In this document: one piece after another, positions 42,008 through 50,462 of the stretch
How the letters are laid out: each line of letters begins with the position of its first letter
How positions within the stretch are numbered: the stretch's first letter is position 1
Source: a virus
Taxonomy: Duplodnaviria > Caudoviricetes
Length of the DNA stretch: 64,000 nucleotides
IMG/VR virus record: IMGVR_UViG_3300049982_000337
Coordinates: 1-64,000 of that record
Direction: 5' to 3' (one strand)
The notes under the pieces: model-generated
Database searches by the model: none
Told to the model about the DNA's origin: nothing
Seen by the model: only the letters and a program-made list of their open reading frames with translations
Translations under genes and position numbers: made by a program

Positions 42008-42820
42008 ATGAAACTGAAGACCACCCTCCTGGATGGCGTGTCCTACGCTGTCCTCGATGCCGCAGGCCTGCCGGTCTACACCCACGACGACGGTAAGGAG
42101 GTCGGGTTCGACGCCGCCGGCGCCGTGGCCACCATCAAGGCCCGCAACGGCGAGGCGCAGAGCCACCGCGAGGCCAAGGAGAGTGCTGAGGCGGCCCTGA
42201 AGGCCTTCGAGGGCATCGAGGATGCCGAGGCGGCCCGCACGGCTCTGGAGACAGTCCGTAACCTGGCCAGCGGCGACCTGAAGACGGCGGCGCAGATCAA
42301 GGAAATCACTGACGCCGCCAAGCGCGCTGCCGAGGAGCAGGTAGCAGCCGCGGTCAAGGCCAAGGACGAGGAGATCAAGCGGGTCGCTGACGAGCGCGAC
42401 AGCGTCACCTCGGCGTTCCATGGCGAACTGATCGGCGGCGGGTTCAGCCGCTCCAAGTTCATCACCGACAAGATCGCCGTGCCGGTGGACCTGATGCAGT
42501 CGCAGTTCGGCCGCAACTTCAAGGTCGAGGACAACAAGCTCGTCGCCTACGGGCCCGACGGCAAGAAGATTTACAGCCGAGCCAACCCGGGAAACGTCGC
42601 CGAGTTCGACGAAGCCCTGGAAGAGCTCGTCAACGCCTACCCCAGCCGGGATCACATCCTGAAGGGCAACATTGGAGGCGGCGGCGGTGCGCCGAACAGC
42701 CCCCACCTGCCGAACGGCGGCAAGTCCATCGCTCGTGCGGACTTCCTGAAGTTGGCTCCCGAAGCTGCTGCGGCCACGGCCAAGGAAGCGCGCGAAGGCA
42801 AGATCGCCATCGTGGACTAA
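42008..42820 (+). CDS. Capsid scaffolding protein (DUF6651-like)
   Basis: MKLKT...GLPVYTHDDGKEVGFDA...EAQSHREAKE...FDEALEELVNAYPSRDHILKG. Confidence 0.85.
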   Translation: MKLKTTLLDGVSYAVLDAAGLPVYTHDDGKEVGFDAAGAVATIKARNGEAQSHREAKESAEAALKAFEGIEDAEAARTALETVRNLASGDLKTAAQIKEITDAAKRAAEEQVAAAVKAKDEEIKRVADERDSVTSAFHGELIGGGFSRSKFITDKIAVPVDLMQSQFGRNFKVEDNKLVAYGPDGKKIYSRANPGNVAEFDEALEELVNAYPSRDHILKGNIGGGGGAPNSPHLPNGGKSIARADFLKLAPEAAAATAKEAREGKIAIVD

Positions 42821-42832
42821 GTCTCTGCCGTG

Positions 42833-42889
42833 CCTCGGGATCGGGGTCGGCGCTCGGGTCGGATGGCCCAAACCACGGCGGGCCATCCG
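42833..42889 (+). promoter_or_regulatory. Two GGAU-tetraloop hairpins plus an alternative 10-bp helix in the capsid gene leader
   Basis: CCTCG-GGAT-CGGGG 42833-42846; GGGTC-GGAT-GGCCC 42856-42869; CGGATGGCCC 42860-42869 also pairs perfectly with GGGCCATCCG 42880-42889. Confidence 0.65.
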
Positions 42890-42933
42890 CCTCCTTCCAC
42901 GTCCCCAAAATCCCAGCCTGAAAGGTCCCACCC

Positions 42934-44103
42934 ATGGGCACGCTTACCCTTACGAACCTCATTGGCCCGATTTACGAGGCCTTCGACGTCGTCTCCCGCG
43001 AGCGCGTCGGGTTCATCCCCGCCGTTTCGCAGGACTTCAGCGCCGAACGCGCCGCTGTCGGCCAGCTGATCACCTCGCCTGTCGTCGGCCAGATGCCGGC
43101 CGAAGACCTCACCCCCGCCGCTGCTTCGGGCGACACCCCGAACCAGACCGTCGGCACTGTGCAGATGACCATCTCCAAGGCTCGCTCGGTGCCGTTCGGG
43201 ATCACCGGCGAAGAGAACAAGGGTCTGAACAGCGGGGGCAACACGGCCACGATCAACCGTGACCGGATCGCCCAGGCACTGCGGACCCTGACCAACGAGG
43301 TCGAGGTCGACATCTACGAGGAGATGCACAAGACCGTCAGCCGCGGTTACGGCACCGCCGGCACCACGCCGTTCGGCACCAAGGACGACTTCTCTGACTT
43401 TGCCTCCTCGCTCGAAATCCTCGACGAGAACGGGGCGCCCGAGACCGACCGCCACATGGTCCTTGGCTCGGCCGGCATCCGCAACCTGCGCGGCAAGCAG
43501 TCGGGCCTTTTCAAAGCCAATGAAGCAGGCACCGACGAACTGCTGCGTCGCGGCGTGCTCTCCGACATCGAAGGCTTCGGCATTCACCAGTCGGCGGCCA
43601 TCCGCAACGCGGTTACGGCCGGCACGGGCGCCTCGGCCACCACGAACACCACCGGCTATGCGGTCGGCTCCACCGTCATCACCCTGGCCTCGGCTGGGAC
43701 TGGCACGATCCTCGCCGGCGACCTGGTCGCTTTCGCGGGCGACACCCGCAAGTACATGGTGGTGTCCGGTGATGCGGATGTTTCCGGCGGCGGGACCTTC
43801 ACCATCGCTGAACCCGGCCTTCTGAAGGCGATCCCGAACTCTGCAACGGCGATCACCGTCACCGCCGCCGCCGTCCGGAACGTCTTCCTCCACCGCTCGG
43901 CCCTCCAGCTCGCCACCCGCGCGCCGGCCATGCCGGACGAGGGGGATGCTGCTGACGACGTCATGGTCATCAGGGATCCGGTCTCGAAGATCGCCTTCGA
44001 GTTCTGCGTCTACAAGCAGAAGCGCCAGGTCCGTTACGAGGTGAACCTGGCCTGGGGCAAGAAGCTGATCGCCCCGCGCCACGCCGGTCTCCTGCTCGGC
44101 TAA
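42934..44103 (+). CDS. Major capsid protein (P22 coat-like)
   Basis: LTNLIGPIYEAFDVVSRERVGFIPAV...; position after scaffold; strong terminator follows. Confidence 0.9.
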   Translation: MGTLTLTNLIGPIYEAFDVVSRERVGFIPAVSQDFSAERAAVGQLITSPVVGQMPAEDLTPAAASGDTPNQTVGTVQMTISKARSVPFGITGEENKGLNSGGNTATINRDRIAQALRTLTNEVEVDIYEEMHKTVSRGYGTAGTTPFGTKDDFSDFASSLEILDENGAPETDRHMVLGSAGIRNLRGKQSGLFKANEAGTDELLRRGVLSDIEGFGIHQSAAIRNAVTAGTGASATTNTTGYAVGSTVITLASAGTGTILAGDLVAFAGDTRKYMVVSGDADVSGGGTFTIAEPGLLKAIPNSATAITVTAAAVRNVFLHRSALQLATRAPAMPDEGDAADDVMVIRDPVSKIAFEFCVYKQKRQVRYEVNLAWGKKLIAPRHAGLLLG

Positions 44104-44126
44104 GCCGCCACGCCCACACGACAGAT

Positions 44127-44156
44127 CAGGGTGGGGCTTCGGCTCCACCCTGTTTT
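44127..44156 (+). terminator. Intrinsic terminator after capsid gene
   Basis: CAGGGTGGGGC-TTCG-GCTCCACCCTG-TTTT. Confidence 0.88.
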
Positions 44157-44206
44157 CTCACAGGCGCCCGGCTTCGGACGTCTCTGCGAAAACAGGGAGC
44201 CATCCT

Positions 44207-44866
44207 ATGCGCACCATCAACGTGAAGCCCTGGGCCGATGGCCAAGGCGAGTTCGTGATCATCGACGTCGCCAGCTTCAACCCCAAGCTCCACGAGCGGC
44301 TCGACGGCGACGACACGCCGCTTCCGGGCCCCTTCGACGACCACAGCCGCGACCAGCTGATTGACTTGGCCGTCGTCAGCTTCCGCGAGGACATGGCAGG
44401 CCTTTCCGACGACGACCTGCGCCGCGGTCTTGAAGCCCTGGACCGTCGTCGCCAGCGCGAGGCGGAGGGGCCGTTCAATGGCGCCGACCCGGACCTGTTC
44501 GACCACGACGGCGACGGCAAGCCCGGCGGCAGCCTCGGCAACGCTCCCGGCGCCCGCGGCGGCGAGGAACTGGATCGGCCTGATGGCGCGCCGGTTGGCG
44601 AGCAGGTCAGCGGAGCAACCACGGACGGGGTGATCTTGGACCCTGTCGCCGCAAAGGGCCTCACCAAGCAGGAGATCATCGCCGACCTGGAGGGCATGGG
44701 TATCGAGTTCGACCCCAGGGCCGCCAAGGCCGACCTGCTGGCCCTGCGCAATGAAGCCCGCGCCGCGCGCGACGCCCAAGCCACCATCGACGCCGCCGCG
44801 GCAGTCGCCACCCAAGCTGAGATCGACCTGGGCGACGACACCCAGGCGTCCGGCGCCGGCGAGTAG
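44207..44866 (+). CDS. Head-associated protein with HeH/LEM-like C-terminus and DxDxDG motif
   Basis: DLFDHDGDGKPGGS; LTKQEIIADLEGMGIEFDPRAAKADLLAL. Confidence 0.6.
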   Translation: MRTINVKPWADGQGEFVIIDVASFNPKLHERLDGDDTPLPGPFDDHSRDQLIDLAVVSFREDMAGLSDDDLRRGLEALDRRRQREAEGPFNGADPDLFDHDGDGKPGGSLGNAPGARGGEELDRPDGAPVGEQVSGATTDGVILDPVAAKGLTKQEIIADLEGMGIEFDPRAAKADLLALRNEARAARDAQATIDAAAAVATQAEIDLGDDTQASGAGE

Positions 44867-44895
44867 AACTTCAGCAGTCAGAAAGGCTTGAGCCC

Positions 44896-45210
44896 ATGAC
44901 CGTCCACGTCCTCTTCATGTCCACCCGCGGGATCGGGTCTGTCGATTCCCCCGGCCTTGGAACCGTCCGCCTACGTGAGGTGGTCACCGTGCCTGGCGTA
45001 ACCGACGGCCAGGCCGAGGAAGGCGAGATCGTCATGGTCGTCAACGAAGAGGCGACCTCCATCCTCGTGGCGCACGGCCTGGATCCTGATGCCTCGACCC
45101 TGGAGCGCACCGAAGCAAGCAGCGCAGGGTTCCCCGTTCCGGCCGCTCGCTACAGCATGCCCATCGTCACCGGCCGCGGCGACAAGGTCAGCATCAAGGC
45201 GATGGCGTAG
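44896..45210 (+). CDS. Hypothetical beta-rich virion-region protein
   Basis: 104 aa between head and neck genes. Confidence 0.6.
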   Translation: MTVHVLFMSTRGIGSVDSPGLGTVRLREVVTVPGVTDGQAEEGEIVMVVNEEATSILVAHGLDPDASTLERTEASSAGFPVPAARYSMPIVTGRGDKVSIKAMA

Positions 45211-45213
45211 GCC

Positions 45214-46509
45214 ATGCTGGAGTTCCTGACCCCGCTGCTGGCCCAGCAGCAGATCGCCATCGGAATGATCGGCGCCACCTTCGTCGGCGCGCTGGTCTAT
45301 TCGCTGAAGGCACTGCCGTCCAACCTCTGGGCGGTGCTGCGCGAGCAGTTCAGCGTCACCCTCGCGGTCGAGGGCCAGGACCTCATCTATGACCACCTGA
45401 ACCTGTGGTTCTCCCGTCACCAGGCGGTCAAGCGCGTCCGTCGGATGATGCTGCAGCAGGAGTTCGACTACGACCGCAGCGACTGGCGCTGGAAGTTCAC
45501 CCTGGGCAGGGGGTGGCACCTGATCTGGACCCACGGCCGTCCGATGCTCGTCCACCGCGACGTCAGCGAGGGCGGCGAGATCGCCAAGCTGCTGGGGAAG
45601 GGGACCAATCAGCGGATGTCGGTGATCACCATCGGCCGCGACCAGGCGCTGCTCCGCCGGATCGTGGAGGAGGCCGAGGAGATCTACAACTCCGACGGCC
45701 ACGTCCGCATCTACTACTGGAACCAGAGCGGCTATGACCTGGCCGACCGCCGGCCGCCGCGGTCCATGGACACCGTCTTCCTGCCGGACGCCCAGAAGCG
45801 CCGCCTCATCGCCGATGTCCGTGCCTTCACCGAGGCCAAGGCCGCCTATCGCGAGCGCGGCACGCCCTATCGTCGCGGCTACCTGTTCGAGGGTCCGCCC
45901 GGCACCGGCAAGACCAGCCTGATCTTCGCCCTGGCCGGCCTGCTCGGCCGCGCCGTGTTCGTGATCAACCTCAGCAACGTCCATGGGGACAACGCCTTGC
46001 TGGCCGCCTTCAACGCGGTCGGCAATGACGGCGTGGTGGTGATCGAGGACATCGACACCGCCGAGATCACCAAGGACCGTGAGGTGGTCGCTGTTCAGCA
46101 GGCCGAACAGCAGTCCAATGGTGGTGGCCCGCCTATGCTCATGGGGGCTCAGTCAGGCCGCGTCACCCTGAGCGGTCTGCTCAACGCCATCGACGGCGTC
46201 GCCGCTCGCGAAGGCCGGATCCTCTTCGTCACCTCGAACCACGCCAGCGAGCTCGACCCTGCGCTGCTACGCAGTGGCCGCATCGACCGCCGCGAGACCA
46301 TCGACCGTCTGGACGCCGATACGGCCTGGGCGATGTTCCAGGCGTTCCGGCCCGACGGCGCGCACGCCGATTTTGAGCGCCTTGTCCTGCCCCGGCTCCC
46401 CATCGCCGCAGCCGACCTGCAGAACCTGTTGCAGGCCGCCGACGACGGCGCAGAGGTCATAACCTTGCACCCTGCCGGCGAAACCCGGCGGGCCGCTCTG
46501 GGAGCCTGA
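45214..46509 (+). CDS. Bcs1-like membrane-anchored AAA+ ATPase
   Basis: N-terminal TM, Bcs1-N-like region, PRSMDTVFL...YRRGYLFEGPPGTGKTS, VVVIEDID, VTLSGLLNAIDGV, VTSNH..ELDPALLRSGRID. Confidence 0.85.
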   Translation: MLEFLTPLLAQQQIAIGMIGATFVGALVYSLKALPSNLWAVLREQFSVTLAVEGQDLIYDHLNLWFSRHQAVKRVRRMMLQQEFDYDRSDWRWKFTLGRGWHLIWTHGRPMLVHRDVSEGGEIAKLLGKGTNQRMSVITIGRDQALLRRIVEEAEEIYNSDGHVRIYYWNQSGYDLADRRPPRSMDTVFLPDAQKRRLIADVRAFTEAKAAYRERGTPYRRGYLFEGPPGTGKTSLIFALAGLLGRAVFVINLSNVHGDNALLAAFNAVGNDGVVVIEDIDTAEITKDREVVAVQQAEQQSNGGGPPMLMGAQSGRVTLSGLLNAIDGVAAREGRILFVTSNHASELDPALLRSGRIDRRETIDRLDADTAWAMFQAFRPDGAHADFERLVLPRLPIAAADLQNLLQAADDGAEVITLHPAGETRRAALGA

Positions 46510-46512
46510 GAC

Positions 46513-47037
46513 ATGGCGCTGATCGTCGAGGACGGCACCGGCCGGCCGGACTCTGAGGCCTACCGCTCTGTCGCCGATCACAGGACCTATTGCGCGGCAC
46601 GCGGCATCGATCTGGGCAGCCTGAGCGATACAGACCTCGAACAGGACGCCCGAGTGGCGACCGACTTCATGGTGCAGAGTTTCCGCTATCGTTGGGCCGG
46701 TGAGCGCGCCACGAATACCCAGGCTCTCGACTTCCCCCGTCACCTGATCCCGATCAAGGACGGGCCCGGATCCTTCGCCTCGACCGTGACCTACTACCCG
46801 CACGACCGGGTGCCGACTGAGGTCGGCAACGCCCAGTCCGAGCTGATGAACCGGGCTCGCGCTGGCGCGCTGGCGCCTGACCAGACCAGGGCGATCATCA
46901 CCGAGACGACCGGCCCGATCACCACGACCTACGACAAGAACTCGCCCGAGGCGCCGCGATACCGCGCCGTCCACATGATGCTCCGGCCTTTCCTGAAGAA
47001 CGGCGGGGCAGGGACAGTCGGCGTGGTGCGCTGTTGA
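46513..47037 (+). CDS. Head-tail adaptor (annotated family 'DnaT-like')
   Basis: MALIVEDGTG...AY.SVAD...RGI...WAG.R...QALDFPR...VP.EV..AQ.EL. Confidence 0.8.
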   Translation: MALIVEDGTGRPDSEAYRSVADHRTYCAARGIDLGSLSDTDLEQDARVATDFMVQSFRYRWAGERATNTQALDFPRHLIPIKDGPGSFASTVTYYPHDRVPTEVGNAQSELMNRARAGALAPDQTRAIITETTGPITTTYDKNSPEAPRYRAVHMMLRPFLKNGGAGTVGVVRC

Positions 47038-47432
47038 GCGACTATGACCTGCGGGCCCAGCAGACCGCGCACCGCAGCCTCAAGCCCAAATCCCAGGGCG
47101 GGAAGGGCCAGGAGGTGACGCTGAAGTCCGGCACGCCCGGAGCGTACATTCCCGCCACGGGGACGAGCGCCCCGTCGACGCCGGCCATCCAGCGGGGGTG
47201 CGGGATCGAGCTTGCCTACAAGGCTAGCGAGATCAACGGCACTCAGATCCTGCGCGGCGATAAGAAGTTCATGCTCTCGGCCCTGGGCGTCGACGGCCTG
47301 CCGATCACGATGCCGAAGGTGGGCAGCCATCTGGTTTACGCCACGGGCGCGCGGTTCCGGGTCGAGGGCGTCGATCCGGACAGCCCGGCCGGAACTCCGG
47401 TCTATGCCTACGTGCAGCTCCGCGACGCCTGA
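47034..47432 (+). CDS. Head closure / stopper protein
   Basis: Position; Y.P.TG...INGTQILRGDKKF. Confidence 0.7.
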   Translation: MSDYDLRAQQTAHRSLKPKSQGGKGQEVTLKSGTPGAYIPATGTSAPSTPAIQRGCGIELAYKASEINGTQILRGDKKFMLSALGVDGLPITMPKVGSHLVYATGARFRVEGVDPDSPAGTPVYAYVQLRDA

Positions 47433-47866
47433 TGGCCGGCCCGTTTGAGCTTCGGCTCCGTGAGATCGCCAATCGCGCAGGTGACAGGGCCGATCAGTTC
47501 GTGCGGGGCGTCATGTTCGAGCTGAGCGCCCGCTTCATCGTGCGCTCGCCGGTCGACACCGGCCGGTTCCGGGGAAACTGGTTCTACAGCTTCGGCGCCA
47601 GGTCGACGCGCACGACTGGCGCAGACGTCGAGGCCGCAGCCCAGATCTACCAGGGCGGCGGCGGCGGTTACTCGGCCGAGGTGAACGGCCTTCGGGAGAT
47701 GCCGACCCAGCATCTCGCCGGCGTCCACTTCATCACCAACAACCTGCCGTACGCCTGGCCGCTCGAACGCGGCCACTCCGGACAGGCCCCCCAAGGCATC
47801 GTGGGGCTCACGGTGCTGGAGTTTGCTTCCATCGCCGACGGCGCAGCGAAGAGGATGACACCATGA
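47432..47866 (+). CDS. Neck protein (HK97 gp10-like)
   Basis: SPVDTGRFRGNW...NNLPYAWPLERGHSGQAPQGIV. Confidence 0.8.
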   Translation: MAGPFELRLREIANRAGDRADQFVRGVMFELSARFIVRSPVDTGRFRGNWFYSFGARSTRTTGADVEAAAQIYQGGGGGYSAEVNGLREMPTQHLAGVHFITNNLPYAWPLERGHSGQAPQGIVGLTVLEFASIADGAAKRMTP

Positions 47867-48294
47867 GCCTCGTCGCGATCCGCTCCGCGCTGGAAGTCGG
47901 CCTTAACGGGGTCTCGCCACCGATGGCGACGGCCTGGCAGCGGAAGGGCTTCGACCCGGCGACCGACGTCCCGGCCGATGAGCCGTATCAACGGGCCGAG
48001 CTGCTTTATGCCGACCCTGAGAACAACGAGAACACCAGCAGCTACACCGATATCGGTTTCCTGCAGATCACCCTCTGCTACCCGGTCGAGAGCGACGTCA
48101 CCGCCGGCGGTTCCGCCGAGGTCGAAGGCCGGATCGACCTCCTGCGCACCATCTTCAAGCGCAAAGCATCATTCAGCGCCGGCGGGGTCACGGTGACCAT
48201 TCACCGGACCCTGAAACTGCTGCCGCCCTACAAGGAAGGCGCCCGCGACTGCCAGCCGGTCCGCGTGCCGTTCTACGCCCACATCAACGCCTGA
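47863..48294 (+). CDS. Tail terminator / completion protein
   Basis: Position; GFLQITLCYP...G. Confidence 0.7.
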   Translation: MSLVAIRSALEVGLNGVSPPMATAWQRKGFDPATDVPADEPYQRAELLYADPENNENTSSYTDIGFLQITLCYPVESDVTAGGSAEVEGRIDLLRTIFKRKASFSAGGVTVTIHRTLKLLPPYKEGARDCQPVRVPFYAHINA

Positions 48295-48366
48295 CGGCGC
48301 TGCTGCGACGGCCGATCTCCGGTCCGTCTTCGTCGACCCATCCTCACAATCTGATCGGAGATCCCC

Positions 48367-49575
48367 ATGACTGTTGCTCAGGGCATCGAACGCTACATCG
48401 TCTTCGCCGAGCAATCGGCTCTCGGCACGCCGGCCACAACCGGCGGCCAGAAGATGCGCCGCCGTACCGGCACCTTCGTCAAGGCCGTCGCGACCTATGA
48501 GAACGACGAGATCGTGTCGCACCAGCAGTCGACGGGTTCGACCGCTGGCCAGCAGAGCACGACCGGCAACCTGGATGCGCTGCTCTCGCCGGGCACCTAT
48601 TCGAAGCTGTTCGCGAACCTCCTGCGCAAGGACTTCGCCGCTACGACCGCCATCACCGGCGCCTCGATCACGGTTGCCGGCTCTGGCCCGACGTACACGG
48701 TCACTAGGGCAGCTGGATCGTTCCTTACCGACGGGATCAAGGCGGGCGACATCGTCCGCCTGACTGCAGGCGCCTTCGCTGCCGGCAACCTCAACAAGAA
48801 CCTGCAGGTCGTGTCCCTCACCGCACTGGTGCTGACTGTCCGAACCCTGAACGGCTCAGCCCTCGCCGCCGAAGGCCCGGTGGCTACCGCGACGGTTACC
48901 GTCCCGGGCAAGAAGTGCTGGGTCCCGATGACCAGCCACACCAACAAGTACTTCACGGTCGAGGACGTCTTCCCCGACCTGACCAAGGCGGAACAGTTCA
49001 ACGACGTGAAGGTCGGCTCGGCCGCCTTCAACCTCCCGGCCACGGGCAACGCCGGCGTCGTATTCGCCTGTCCGGGGCTTAGCCGGACGCGCCTGCCGAT
49101 CACGATCGCTGCCCCGGCCGATGAATCGACCACCACGGTCGTCTCGGCTGTGAACGGCGTGCTGCTGGTGGGCGGGGCTGTCGTCGCGGTGACGGGCATT
49201 CAGTTCACCATCGACGGCGGCATCACCACGGCGGAACCCGAGGCCGGCACGAACGCCGCCAGCGACCACCAGCGCGGCCGCATCAAGGTCTCCGGATCGT
49301 TCACCGCGAAATTCAGCGGTTCCACCCTGCAGGATGCCTATGACGATCAAACGCCGCTCGCGATCTGCATGGCGATCACCGACAGCGGCGCCGCCAACGC
49401 TGATTTCGTCACGGCCGTCATGTCGAAGCTGAAGCTCTTCGGCGACGCCCCGGATGACGGCGAGAAGGAGATCATCCGCACCTATCCGTTCACCGCCGAG
49501 ATCAACGGCTCGGGCGGCGCGGCCCTGGCCAACCTTCAGACCATCTTCTCGATGCAGGACAGCCAGGCCGCCTAA
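48367..49575 (+). CDS. Major tail tube protein
   Basis: EQSALGTP...YENDEIVSHQQ...TTGNLDALLSPG; terminator follows. Confidence 0.85.
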   Translation: MTVAQGIERYIVFAEQSALGTPATTGGQKMRRRTGTFVKAVATYENDEIVSHQQSTGSTAGQQSTTGNLDALLSPGTYSKLFANLLRKDFAATTAITGASITVAGSGPTYTVTRAAGSFLTDGIKAGDIVRLTAGAFAAGNLNKNLQVVSLTALVLTVRTLNGSALAAEGPVATATVTVPGKKCWVPMTSHTNKYFTVEDVFPDLTKAEQFNDVKVGSAAFNLPATGNAGVVFACPGLSRTRLPITIAAPADESTTTVVSAVNGVLLVGGAVVAVTGIQFTIDGGITTAEPEAGTNAASDHQRGRIKVSGSFTAKFSGSTLQDAYDDQTPLAICMAITDSGAANADFVTAVMSKLKLFGDAPDDGEKEIIRTYPFTAEINGSGGAALANLQTIFSMQDSQAA

Positions 49576-49610
49576 GACGGCCCCCTGCGGATCCTTTCCC
49601 CCCAACTTTA

Positions 49611-49637
49611 CGGGCCGGTCGCACCGGCCTGCTTTTT
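49611..49637 (+). terminator. Intrinsic terminator-like hairpin
   Basis: CGGGCCGG-tcgca-CCGGCCTG-c-TTTTT. Confidence 0.6.
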
Positions 49638-49650
49638 CAAGGAAGCAACC

Positions 49651-50115
49651 ATGGACACCAACGACACCGGCGTCGCCGCCGAGCCCACCGTCATGCTCGT
49701 CTCGCTGGACGATCTCGACGCCCGCAAGGCTGGCGAGAAGCCCTTCACCTTCGAATACATCAAGGCCGACGGTTCGCGTTCGGGTCTGACGTTCTCGGTC
49801 CTGGGCACCCACTGCGAGACCGTGACCAACGAGATCAACCGCCTGGTCAACGACCGTCGCCGCGAGGAAGCCGCCGCAGCCGCCGAGGCCGCCGCCAGCC
49901 GCCAGCCCGAGGGCTTCACCCCGGTCGAGAGCGACATCGCCTTCGGTCAGCGCCTGGCCGCAGTGCGTCTCGTCGGCTGGGAGGGCATCAAGGAGAAGTT
50001 CACGCCGGCGCTCGGCCTTCGGCTCTGCCAATCGAACCCTGATATCGCCGCCCAGATCACCGCTCAGTCCAACAAGCTGGCCAATTTTATGTCGGGCTCG
50101 CCGCGGACCTCCTGA
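49651..50115 (+). CDS. Tail assembly chaperone (G)
   Basis: Between tube and tape measure; ends KLANFM. Confidence 0.8.
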   Translation: MDTNDTGVAAEPTVMLVSLDDLDARKAGEKPFTFEYIKADGSRSGLTFSVLGTHCETVTNEINRLVNDRRREEAAAAAEAAASRQPEGFTPVESDIAFGQRLAAVRLVGWEGIKEKFTPALGLRLCQSNPDIAAQITAQSNKLANFMSGSPRTS

Positions 50116-50462
50116 GGTTCGCCCGAGCCCAGTTCCACTACAGCGCCCTCGAAGGGGAGGGCGCTTTAAAGGCCCCGCGCCGGGTCCACCTCGAGAGCCT
50201 GGCGCGGCAGGGCGATCCCAAGGCGGTCGCCGAGCTGGCAGCGATCGCCAAGCTGCCGCGCCACGCCGCCCATCTCTGGCGGTTCTTCGAAGAGCTGCAC
50301 AGCACCAGGTCATTCAACGGGTTTGGGCCATCGCGCCTGACCCGCGCCGAGATCCGGCAGTGGCAGATCGACGAGGGCCAGCACCTCGATCCCTGGGAAC
50401 GCAAGGCGATCATGGACATCGACGCGGCCTGGTTGGCTGCCCAGACGGCAAAGGAGGGATAG
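50085..50462 (+). CDS. Tail assembly chaperone T segment, reached by -1 frameshift (not in ORF track)
   Basis: Start-less -1 frame FYVGLAADLLRF...HLWRFFEELHSTRSFNGFGPSRLTRAEI..W...LDPWE..AIMDIDAAWL; stops at TAG 50460-50462 abutting the tape measure ATG; slip site CCAATTTTA. Confidence 0.75.
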   Translation, partial: FYVGLAADLLRFARAQFHYSALEGEGALKAPRRVHLESLARQGDPKAVAELAAIAKLPRHAAHLWRFFEELHSTRSFNGFGPSRLTRAEIRQWQIDEGQHLDPWERKAIMDIDAAWLAAQTAKEG

